A DNA stretch of 64,000 bases, from contig OX597817.1 of assembly GCA_951406725.2 (NCBI GenBank), positions 140,988,001 through 141,052,000 of the forward strand, written 5' to 3'. The notes under the pieces are model-generated. The model did no database searches and was not told the DNA's origin. It saw only the letters and a list, made by a program, of their open reading frames with translations. Positions 12,980 through 23,557 of the stretch are shown here, piece after piece (position 1 is the stretch's first letter; the number at the start of each line of letters is the position of its first letter). The stretch is from Octopus vulgaris (taxonomy: Eukaryota). The translations under genes and the position numbers were made by a program.

Positions 12980-14201
12980 TTAAGCCACAAACACTGTTGT
13001 TGTTGAGCGACTTTGATCAGTGCTGCTCGATGACGCCTATACTATAGAGTACACTTTATAGGGTGTACATATTGTTAAGGAACAAAACAACTGCTGCACC
13101 CCCTATACATGCAATGCTCCAGTCTAATGCAAGACTATGCTGCACATAAACCCAAAGTTACACATAATTACTATTTGGGACGCAATATCGAATTCATGCT
13201 ATTCTTTAGTCAGTTTGTATATGTTTGAACATTCTGGAAGTGTCTGGAGGATTTCATTAGTATGAAGCACCCATCAGTAATTGCAGTGATGGTGCAGCTA
13301 TTTCAGAATGAATGTGTGTTTTGTGGTTTTCCAAATAAAATAATTGATTAAGTGTCACTGACATTCAGACCCTCTAGCACTGATACATACCCCACTTAAG
13401 ATCCCCTACTATTAATACACAGCCCCATTGAAAGCCCTATCATTAGTGCATAGCCCTGTTTAGCCTTTAGTGGATTAAACCTATCACATGACATTGCTAC
13501 ATAATTCCACAGAGCTTTTGGTCAAATGCTAATCTCTAGCTTGAACACAGCCAAGAGAATTTGTAGTGAATATTCAAGAAGATTCAATGCTAAAGAGATA
13601 CTGATGGAGCTTCTCAACTGCTAGAAACAGTAGCAAAATCTCCCTCAAATCACACCCTGACAGCTTAAATAAAGATGGATGCAGTAGATAGTGTATAACT
13701 TGATACACATAAAGACAGAATGGTCACAACTGGAATGCTTTTGATCAAGACTAACCTGGGACTAAACAACAATACTAAGCTGCTGTGATATATATACTAT
13801 TTCCAAAAATGTTAGTCAAGAATGGCTGTGTGGTAAGAAGTTTGCTTTCCAACCACATGGTTCTGGGTTCAACAAAACGACCGATAGAATAAGTACTAGG
13901 CTTACAAAGAATAAGTCCTGGGGTCGATTTCCTCGACTAAAGGTGGTGCCCAGCATGGCCACAGTCAAATGACTGAAACAAGTAAAATAGTAAAAATAGT
14001 AGAATATACACAGACACACACACACACGCACGCACACACACACACACACACACACATATTCTTTCGATTGCAAAGTATCTAAGACCAAGAAGAAAACAAG
14101 AAAATTCATACTCTATTTCAGATCCCAACCTAAGAACTGTTAAAATAAACCAATAACCATTCAACCAGAATTTTTAATTAAGGTGTTTCTTCAAATCCTA
14201 C

Positions 14202-14418
14202 CTTCCACACTTCTTGTTTCTATTAATGACTCATTTTGGCATATTTTCACAGGTGTCATATTCTTGTCAGCAAAATCTTTGGAGCGTCTCTTGGGACCCC
14301 AGTTTGGAGTCTGCTGGTCTTGGTTTAATCGATCATTGATGTCTTGAAGAAGGCGACGCTTACGATTCTTTAATGAGTTGTTCAAATAATTTGGTGTGAA
14401 TGGTTCCGGTGACTCTTT
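14202..14418 (-). CDS. ECT2: ECT2 exon (S domain with NLS and CDK sites)
   Basis: KESPEPFTPNYLNNSLKNRKRRLLQ...TPNWGPKRRS...MTPVK...SVE; basic RKRR/PKRR clusters and S/T-P sites; tttcag acceptor, gtagga donor; 217 nt, phase 0 to 1. Confidence 0.88.
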
Positions 14419-15339
14419 CTGAAAAAAGATGACCATTAAAAACAAAATGACAAAATACTAAATACAACAAACAAATAAAAAAAATTGTAAATGATTTAGA
14501 TCAGTAATTCATAATGTTTCAGGTTCTTTTCATGAATTTTACAGAGGCTTTTGAAAGCATAGACCCCCACCTTCTAGCTTTGGAAATTCTCAGAAGGAAA
14601 CCCTATCCAATGTGATCAGATAATCCCCCTTTAAACTTGGAATGCAATGATTAAGTAGGATTTATTGAGTGGCAGAGGGAATGCTTCGTGGGAATTATTC
14701 CAACTGGCTGTGCTCTGAGTTGAAGCCCACCAGGGTCAGCTGTGCACTTCATCTTTCCAGGGGACAATAAAATAAAATAGTAATCCAGAGTGATGGATTG
14801 GGAGCCCTGTAAAACACCAGATGTGATGTCTGGTGGCTTATATTCTGGCTCTTTGCTTTCCAAGTTCAAATCAAATCATGGCCAGCCTGGGTGATACACT
14901 CAATCCTTAATTCTGCTAAAGGCACCACCACCACCACCACCACCACCTCGCACTTTGGAAGTGTTTAGCAGAAACCACTCTGTTGCCAACATTCAGTTAA
15001 GCTTCCAACATAAAGACACCTATCACCCATTTCAGAGAACTCGTAAAAGGTTGAGGGCCCCTGCTTTGTTGCCTGACTAAAAGATTTCAAAAAGATATCT
15101 ACATATGAAGGTTCACAATCTGCTTTCATGACCAATATTTGCACAAGTAGGCTAGTGGACATAATTCTTTCCAATTTTGGTACAAACCCAGCGATTTTGA
15201 TGGGTGGGGATCAGTTAGTTACATCAATTCAAGTACTTGACAGATGCTTTATTTTATCCTGAAAGCAAAATTGTAGCCATCCATACATACAGGCATGTTC
15301 TTTAGGGCCATGTCCCCATTCACTCTCCCAGCTGAGAGG

Positions 15340-15845
15340 ATATACTCATGCTGGTGTTACATGCAATACATTCGTACCAGTGTCACGTGTGGTGCACTTG
15401 CACCTGTACCACTTGTGATGCATGTGTACTGGTTCCACTTGCAGTGCACTCATGTCAGTGCCACTTGCAGTGCACTCGTGCCAGTTTCACATTTGGTGCA
15501 CTCATGTCGGTGCCACATACAATGCACTCATGCCAGTGTCACATGAAATGCATTTGTGCCAGTACCATGTACAGTGCATTTGTGCTGGCACCATGTACGA
15601 GGCACTCATACCAGGGCCACATACAATGCACTTATGCTGGTGCTACGATGATGTTGTGCTGGAAGCATGTAAAAAGCACCCAGCACCCTCTGTAAAGTTT
15701 TGGTGTTAGGAAAGGCATCCAACCATGGAAACCATGCCAAAACAGACAATTGGAACGTGGATAGTTCCCCAGATGACCAGCTCCTGTCAAACTGTCCAAC
15801 TCATGCCAGCATGGAAAACAGACGTTAAATGATGATGATGATGGA
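15340..15845 (+). repeat. Meta-domain repeat preceded by a degenerate minisatellite of about 22-26 bp
   Basis: Repeated tgcactcatgccagtgtcacatg-like units at 15340-15650, then ggaaaggcatcc and a (GAT)n tail. Confidence 0.75.
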
Positions 15846-16569
15846 TGATAGAGTTGACCTCAGTGAGATTTGAAGTCAGAATGTAAAAAAAACAACCGGA
15901 CAAATAAAGTGAGATTATGGCTGTATACTACACCAACTTCAAATAACCAGCCCCAGCCCATTCAAAGTACCTTGGATTGTAGGACGGCCAGCTGTGCTTA
16001 AATTGGATCATAGGGCAACCTGCTGTACTTGAGGAGACCTATTGAGTCAAGTACATCAATATCAAAATAAAAATCAAATGGAAATTGTAGTTGTGATACA
16101 GTGACATGTAAAAAGCACCATCTGAACATGGCCGATGCCAGCTCCGCCTTGACTGGCTTCCATGCCGGTGGCACGTAAAAAACACCAACCAATCGTGGCC
16201 ATTGCCAGCCTCTGGTCCTGTGCCAGTGGCAGGTAAAAAGCACCCACTACACTCATAGAGTGGTTGGCGTAAGGAAAGGCATCCAGCTGTAGAAACACTG
16301 CCAGGTCAGGCTGGAGCCTGGTGCAGCCTCCGGGCTTCCCAGACCCCATTCGAACTGTCCAACCCATGCTAGCATGGGAAACAGATGTTAATGATGATGA
16401 TGAAATGCTACTACACATTTCTCAGCTCCCCACCATTCTGGTACTGAGTAGACATGTTGTCAGCTATTCTATGCGGTACTGCTTGCAGTTATCTTAAAAT
16501 CTAAAGTAAACAGTCCTTGGTGCACTATAGGACTTCAAGATACTGTTGATTCAATTATTATTGTCAATA

Positions 16570-16720
16570 GGTAAGTAGCTTGTAGACAAACCACATGGTT
16601 CCGGGTTCAGTCCCACTGTGTGGCACCTTGGGCAAGTGTCTTCTACTATAGCCTCGGGCCAATCAAAGCCTTGTGAGTGGATTTGGTAGACAGAAACTGA
16701 AAAAGCCCGTCATATATACG

Positions 16721-16768
<48 letters not shown>

Positions 16769-16968
16769 GGTCCCGGGTTGATTCGGGGTTAACCACAGTA
16801 AATAAGGTACTCAATACATAGCAGAGTAAAATTAATTTATTATATAGAAGGAGCTTCTACAGGACTAGAACTGTTTCATTCAAGAGAAATCTTCAGGAGG
16901 CTTCAGGAGCTTCCTGAAGATTTCTCTTGAATGAAACAGTTCTAGTCCTGTAGAAGCTCCTTCTATAT

Positions 16969-17038
<70 letters not shown>

Positions 17039-17255
17039 GTGTGTGTGTGTGTGTGTGTTTATGTGTTTGTCCCCCCAACATCACTTGACAACCGATGGTG
17101 GTGTGTTTACGTCTCCATAACTTAGCGGTTCGGCAAAAGAGACCGATAGAATAAGTACTAGGCTTACAAAGAATAAGTCCTGGGGTCGATGTGCTCGACT
17201 AAAGGTGGTGCTCCAGCATGGCCACAGTCAAATGACTGAAACAAGTAAAAGAGTA
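16570..17255 (+). mobile_element. tRNA-derived SINE with an internal (TA)n/(TG)n tract, interrupted by a Penelope-type fold-back
   Basis: B-box-like ggttcagtccc, caccttgggcaag core and 3' aaatgactgaaacaagtaaaagag; matches the copy at 43943-44335. Confidence 0.85.
16906..16960 (+). ncRNA. Type I hammerhead ribozyme (Penelope-associated); mirror copy on the minus strand at about 16850-16903
   Basis: ggagcttc-CTGAAGA-tttctcttgaat-GAAA-cag(ttctagtc)ctg-TA-gaagctcc: 8-bp stem I, full core and GUA cleavage triplet. Confidence 0.8.
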
Positions 17256-18088
17256 ATAGTAATCCTTTCTGTTGTGGTGAGCAGGCTAGTCAACTGCTGT
17301 CAACAGGAAGAAAGGCTAAGTCAACCTTGGCAGGATTTGAACTCAAAAGATGAAAACAGATGGAATGCCACTAAACATTTGATGGCAAGAAGAAGGAGGA
17401 GGAGGAGGAGGAGGAAGAGAAGAAGAAACCAATAGTAATTGATGTACTTGGAAGTGTCAGCATGGCCCAAAGAGGTTGGTGCAAATGCAAAGGCAGAACA
17501 CCTACAAAAAATTATCATTTCTTGGAACTGCAAGAGTTCTCTGCACGGTCCTTGAATCATGATCTGCTGGCTGTGGGCAGTTGACACTTTCCATCATATC
17601 CAGCAAAATAAAGCTGAGAGTTTTCACCTAACAAGAAACTGCTAGCCTTTCAGATTCCATCACTTGGCTACAAATGCAAAAGGAGTGTCCAGATTCATCT
17701 TGGTGAGCTCAACCGTGTCTGCTTTGGCATGGATTCTACAGCTGAATGCCCCTTGTAATGCCAACCATTTTACAGAATGTACTGGGTACTTTTTACATAG
17801 CACCAGTGCGGTCACCAAATAACTAACAAGCTCCCTCAACTGAGGGGCGAGTAGTATTGAGTGGGGTGGCTTTGTGCCAGTCAGCAAGAGGTTATGAATA
17901 GAGGGACAGGAATAAGTGTCTTCACCATTTAGAAGAAATACATGGTTACTCAAGCTGGGAAAAGAGATAAGAGAGAAGGGGTCATAAAAGTATTAAAACA
18001 TTAATACTACAAGAAACGGCACAAATTGAAGCAATTTTTAATGAAGTTAAAAGCAACACCCAAAAACTATTGGAACATGTCAAACATT

Positions 18089-18327
18089 TGTAGGCAACCA
18101 TAGTTGAATCCATGTCCGAACGTGGGTCATCTGGAGTTATCTCCCCTGGTTACATCATTAACAAGGTGGCGCTCGTGAGAGAGGGAGACGATGCAGTTAG
18201 CACCAGGCTGCTTGGTGAGCAAAAGAGACGGTTCTTGGCTCTACCCGTCTCTTTATCCCTCTCTCACGAGCGCCACCACGTTGTTAACGATGTGACCAGG
18301 GGAGATAACTCCAGATGACCCACGTTC
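18089..18327. repeat. Fold-back copy of an LTR-like element with arms of about 70 bp (18118-18186 and 18256-18327)
   Basis: Arms read directly as reverse complements; 5' end tgtaggcaacc is shared with the element at 47247. Confidence 0.85.
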
Positions 18328-19468
18328 TGGCCCAAATTCAACTATGGTTGCCTATACATTCAACTTGTGGTCTTCCTAAGACCTATTCACAGAGTATGAT
18401 ACCTGGAAAGAGAAACAAGGACATCGAAAAGATAGAGGGATACACCAGATCTTTAAATAGCCTCAATCATGGTCGCAGACAGAACTCAATACAATGAGTG
18501 AGTACGGAGAGATGGAGGAAATAAGTTTTGTACTCAGCCGCAAGCTAAAATCAGTATTGTATGATTGCCAGACTTTTGCCATTGTCACCCAATTTGGCCA
18601 AAATAAAATTCCTCTATGAATCATACATCATCATCATCGTCTAAAGTCCACTTTCCATGCTAGCATGGGTTGGACGATTTTGACTGAGGGCTGGTGAACC
18701 AGATGGCTGCACCAGGCTCCAATCTTGATCTGGCAGAGTTTCTACAGCTGGATGGCCACCCTCACGCCAACCACTCCAAGAGTGTAGTGGGTGCTTTTTA
18801 CGTGCCACTGGCACGGGGGCCAGTCAGGTGGTACTGGCAACGACCTCGCTCAAATCTTTTTACACATGCCACCAGCACAGGTGCCAGTAAGGCAATGTTG
18901 GTAACGATCATGCTCAAATGGTGCCCTTTTACATGCCACTGGCACAGAAGCCGGTTGGCTGCTCTGGCGACGATCATGCTCGGATGGTGCTCTTGGCACC
19001 CTACTAGCTCGGGCACAAGTGCCAGTAAGGCGACGGTGGTAACGATCACACTTGAATGGTGCCTTTTATATGCCACTGGCACGGAAGCTGGTTAGCCGCT
19101 CTGTCAATGATCATGCTCGTATGGTGTTCTTTGCACCCCGCTAGTACGGATGCCAGTCATCGAATGTGATTTTGATTTCACTTGCCTCAACAGGTCTTCG
19201 CAAGCAGAGTTTAGTGTCCAAGGAAGGAAAAGGTATGCATAAGCGGGCTGGTTACACTCCAATACATTCTAATAAGGGACATTTGATACATTTCTTGCAG
19301 AAATATTTCTCAATTTTTGCTTGCAGAAAAGACAATGCTGCAGGTCTTTATATATTACAAGTGATGATGTACTGCAGGCGTGGTGTTAAAAATATTTGTT
19401 TACCTTACATAACATGCAATTCATACATCACATGATCTACTTCAGCAAATAAATAAATAAAGACTTAC

Positions 19469-19531
19469 CTTTTCAAACAGGTAAATATCCTCACATGCAC
19501 AAGCATCTATTTGTATACTGCCCCAGAACCA
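19469..19531 (-). CDS. ECT2: ECT2 exon (end of BRCT2)
   Basis: WFWGSIQIDACACEDIYLFEK, with the WFWGSIQ motif typical of ECT2; ccag acceptor, gtaagt donor; 63 nt. Confidence 0.95.
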
Positions 19532-19598
19532 CTGGAATATAAACAACAAGTAGGTTTAATTTGTTCTGTAGATAAATGGCATTACAAGAATATAATAA

Positions 19599-21994
19599 GG
19601 ATCTTTTCACTTTGACCGGTAGATTTTTTAAATAATTTCTATGCAGCTAAAAAATTTTAAACTTCGTATACTGGTAGAATGTGTTTATAAAATATCTTTT
19701 TCTCTTGGCTTTCTTGAGATAATTCTGTAGTTTGTAACATATTTGTTGCTTAATTTCTTGCATTTCAGCAATTTCAACCAATCAATGGCGTCTATTGAGG
19801 TGAAAACAATTTCTGGCGGTGTCATATGAAAATGTCCCTGTTACATATTATATATTCGTTTAAGAAACAGATTGGGTTTATTTACATTTCTGATGAAAAA
19901 AAAGATACCCTTCCCCCCACCCCTAACCCTAAAACAGATTGAAATGCAATAGATCGATACTAGGGTCATAACTATAGGTGGACACTAAAGAGGGAACAGT
20001 TTTGTTATCAAGCTCTGTTTAGTTAGTTAGTTAGTTAGTTAGTTAATTTGGCTCAAAAGCAAATAGCAAGGCCATGTAGGGGGACATGGAGTTAAGTACA
20101 GGGTGGTGTTCATGTAAAGAGTTCAGGCCACTTGAGGTCCAGGGAGGCTTTGAACAAAGCGGTCGTTGGCATCTTCACCATCTCGTCTGGCAGCTTGTTC
20201 CACGGATCCGCAACCCGGACGGAGAAAGCTCCTCTCCTTCGATTGAGATGAAATCGTCGCAGGTAGAGCTTTTCGGAATGACCCCGCAGCCAACGCTCCG
20301 GAGCAGGAGTGAAGAACAGCTCTTTCGAGAGGTTACACTTCCCGCTTATGATGTTGTGGGCGAGAATGAGATCACCACGGCGGCAGCGTTTTTCAAGAGA
20401 ACAAAGGTCGAGCGTCCTCAGCCTTTCTTCGTAGGACAAATTTTTGAGACCATGAACCATGCGGGTAGCCAGCCTCTGGACTCTTTCGAGGTGCTGTATG
20501 TCTTTGAGGAGATAAGGAGAAGAGGCTTGAATCCCATACTCCAATATGGGTCTCACCAGCGTGACATAGAGTGGCAGGAATATGGCTGCTGTGAGCATTC
20601 CGAATGACCGTCGAATCAAAAACAGAATTCCGTGTGCTTTGTTGGCAGCATGGACGCACTGGGCCGAAGGCGAAAAGGAGGAATCCACCAAGATACCCAG
20701 GTCCTTTACCTGATCAGTCCTCTCCAGCAGCAGACGACCCGGCTCGAAATCAAGTTGAGTTGCAGGAGTAGAGCCGACAGGCAGATGACAGCACTTTGAC
20801 ACGTTCAGACACAGGTCCCAATCGTTAGACCACTTCCAAATGTGGTGGAGGCATCGACGAAGATCCTCTATACTACCGCGAGGAGCGACCAGTTTGATAT
20901 CGTCGGCAAATAGAAGGGTGTGTTGCGTGAGGTCGTCGGGCAAGTCATTTATGAAGACTAAGAACAACAAGGGCCCAAGCACTGAACCTTGAGGCACGCC
21001 ACTGCTCGCACTGGAGACGTCGGACCGCGAACCATTAACTTGAACTTGGAAGGAGCGATCTGAGAGGAAGGCACCAACCCATCGTACAATATCCGGATGG
21101 AAACTATATGCTTGAAACTTGACAAGTAGTAGGCGGTGGTTTACCGAGTCAAAAGCTTTGGCAAAGTCCAATAAAACGATGTCAACAGCATCACTATCAT
21201 CGAGGATGCGCGTCACCAATACTTCCATTACTAGTAAGTTGGTCAAGCATGATCTCTTCGGCACGAAGCCGTGTTGGGAATCAGTGATCGAGGCTGTGTT
21301 TAGGAGGTGGAGCATCATACTTTTCTTAAGGATGGTTTCGAACATCTTGCTGATTATTGATGTAAGGGAAACCGGTCGGTAGTTAAGCGGGTCTTTGCGG
21401 CTCCCTTTCTTGAAAATTGGGCAGATTATCGCTGTTCTCCAGTCTGCAGGTATAACACCCGTCGCCAATGACATATTGAATAGTCGTGTTAAGGGCTCGC
21501 AGATGACCGGAGCCAACGCTTTGATAACCCGTGGGTGTATGCCGTCAGAGCCGTGACCCTTGTTGACATCGAGGCCTTGAATAACACGTTTGACTTGGTC
21601 CCGCGTGATGATCAATCGAAGCATTGGAGGTACCGATCCATCAAATGGAGGGGGTTCACGACCATCATCTTGTTTGAAAATAGTTGAAAGTGACCCCTCA
21701 GTTTATGGCCACAGGGTATCTTTTTTCTCATAAAAAAAAGGGACATTTTCATATGACGCCGCCAGAAAATGTTACAGCAGAAATTATTTTCACCTCAATA
21801 GACGTCATTGATTGGTTGAAATTGCCAAAATGCAAGAAATTAAACAACAAATATGTTACAAACTACAGAATTTTCTCAAGAAAGCCAAGAGAAAAATATG
21901 TTTTATAAACACATTCTACCAGTATACAAAGTTTAAAATTTTTTAGTTACATAGAAATTATTTTTTAAATTTGCCGGTCAAAGTGAAAAGATCC
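19599..21994. mobile_element. Long-TIR MITE (arms about 240 bp) with an 8-bp TSD, interrupted by a LINE
   Basis: TATAATAA|GGATCTTTTCACTTTGACCGG...CCGGTCAAAGTGAAAAGATCC|TATAATAA; internal ccctaaccctaa. Confidence 0.9.
20018..21685 (-). mobile_element. Young 5'-truncated CR1-like LINE with an uninterrupted 504-aa RT ORF (20110-21624) and a (TAAC)n 3' tail
   Basis: Motifs NYRPVSLTS, QHGF, LDFAKAFDSV, GVPQGSVLGPLLF, LFADD, KDLG and LERVQR; short 3' UTR followed by a tandem tail. Confidence 0.93.
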
Positions 21995-23189
21995 TATAAT
22001 AAGTTAGAGGTAATTATGAACAACAGTAGAGCTAATAGTAACATTTCTGTGCATCACACATTTCAACTGTAAACAGTTAAACACGGATCAAGTTCACTAA
22101 ACGGTTGATAGTTATTTATACATTTCTTGTGATTCGATCAATAGACGAGAGGTCAATGGCTTGTCTATTGATGAAACCAGAGGCAAGTCTGTGAACTGAA
22201 CCTGTTTTGAGAAAACTTTTCACTATAAATTACTGCACAACTTACCGCTTTGTGACCATATTTATGCTGTCTTTGTTTTGGTCAACTTTGAAAACAATGA
22301 AGAATTTATTAAAATAGCTTTGTTGTTAATTAAGCTGGTACTTGGAATAGAAATCAGAAATTTTGATGGAAAGTTTTAATTTAGATCCCTTTAAAACAAT
22401 TTGTTCAGCCCCGGGTCAATCTTGAATGGGTAGACTTGTGATCAAAAGCATAAGCAGTCCAGCCATGACAATTCCTTACCAAAATGTGTACTTCCCATTT
22501 AATCCCTTTTCTTTTACCATATTTTTTTTTTTGAAATACACTACCTTTGTTTCAACTGATTTTGATAATGATGAAAAATTTATTAAAATAACTGCCATTA
22601 TTTAACTAGTGTGTAGAATACAAATGAAAAGGAAATTTTGATAGAAGGCTCAAATTAAGATCACTTTAAAACAGTTTATATCAAATAACCTAGAGATTTA
22701 AGGCAGATTGTATGAAAAGGTTTAAAAACAGTGGAATTTGTGTATGTGTTTGGCAGGGGGTATATTTGGTTGTTATTTGTAGAAGATCAAACAACCATAA
22801 AAAGACTTTCTCAATGGTTCGAGTACCATTTATCCTGTATCAAACATAAGATATCTTTGAGCCTATCTCAACGAATTAAAAATTATCCCACAAAATATGA
22901 CAATCTATTTTAGATTTTGTGCATGACAAGGTTTGAACTCAATTCTACAATCTAATCTCACTCTGTTACAAAGCGTTCGTGTTCACCCTCATACTCTCTC
23001 TTTCTCACTCACCCTCACACTCCAAGTCTGCACCCTTTCCTATACAAGACATCTTCCCACTATGTAAGTATGTATATCAATGATGTCAGGCAGATATATG
23101 GAAACATACTTCTGTAAGAAACAGTTTGTTATTATTCTCAATAAATGAAAAGTTAAATATTTACAGAATTGGAAATAATCTATAACCAA

Positions 23190-23557
23190 CTAGCACTATG
23201 ACCTGGCAACGCCAGGTCATAGGGCTAGTGCATGCATATACAGCTGCATGTGTGCACACATACACGCGAATACTGTCCAAATCTCCGACCAATCACATAC
23301 AGCTAGCTGGCATTCAATTAGCGTATCAAGTTTCGGGCATTTTGATTGGGTTTTGGATAGAAAATTCACAAAAAAGTCACTTCTATTGATTTTTTAATGG
23401 CTTTGTGGGGTGACTGAGGAAATGTAAAGATGTGCACGACCACCCTTGGATGGTTTTAAATGACCATAGAAAGTGCGAGCCCACAAACTGAAAAATTGTG
23501 GATTTGTATAAAGGACACACACACAGGCAGACATTTTGCCGTTTATATATAGAGAGA
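23190..23557 (-). mobile_element. Non-autonomous Helitron; partial copies at about 43590-43830 and 9632-9653
   Basis: Minus strand reads A|TC...hairpin...CTAG|T; subterminal palindrome atgacctggcaacgccaggtcat. Confidence 0.75.

Noticed and set aside
18790-19160. CRISPR array
   Set aside because: The 'spacers' are homologous to each other and recur in many dispersed copies; no cas genes; eukaryotic intron context
19921-19932. Interstitial telomere
   Set aside because: Only two CCCTAA units, and they are part of the MITE family (also at 54583)
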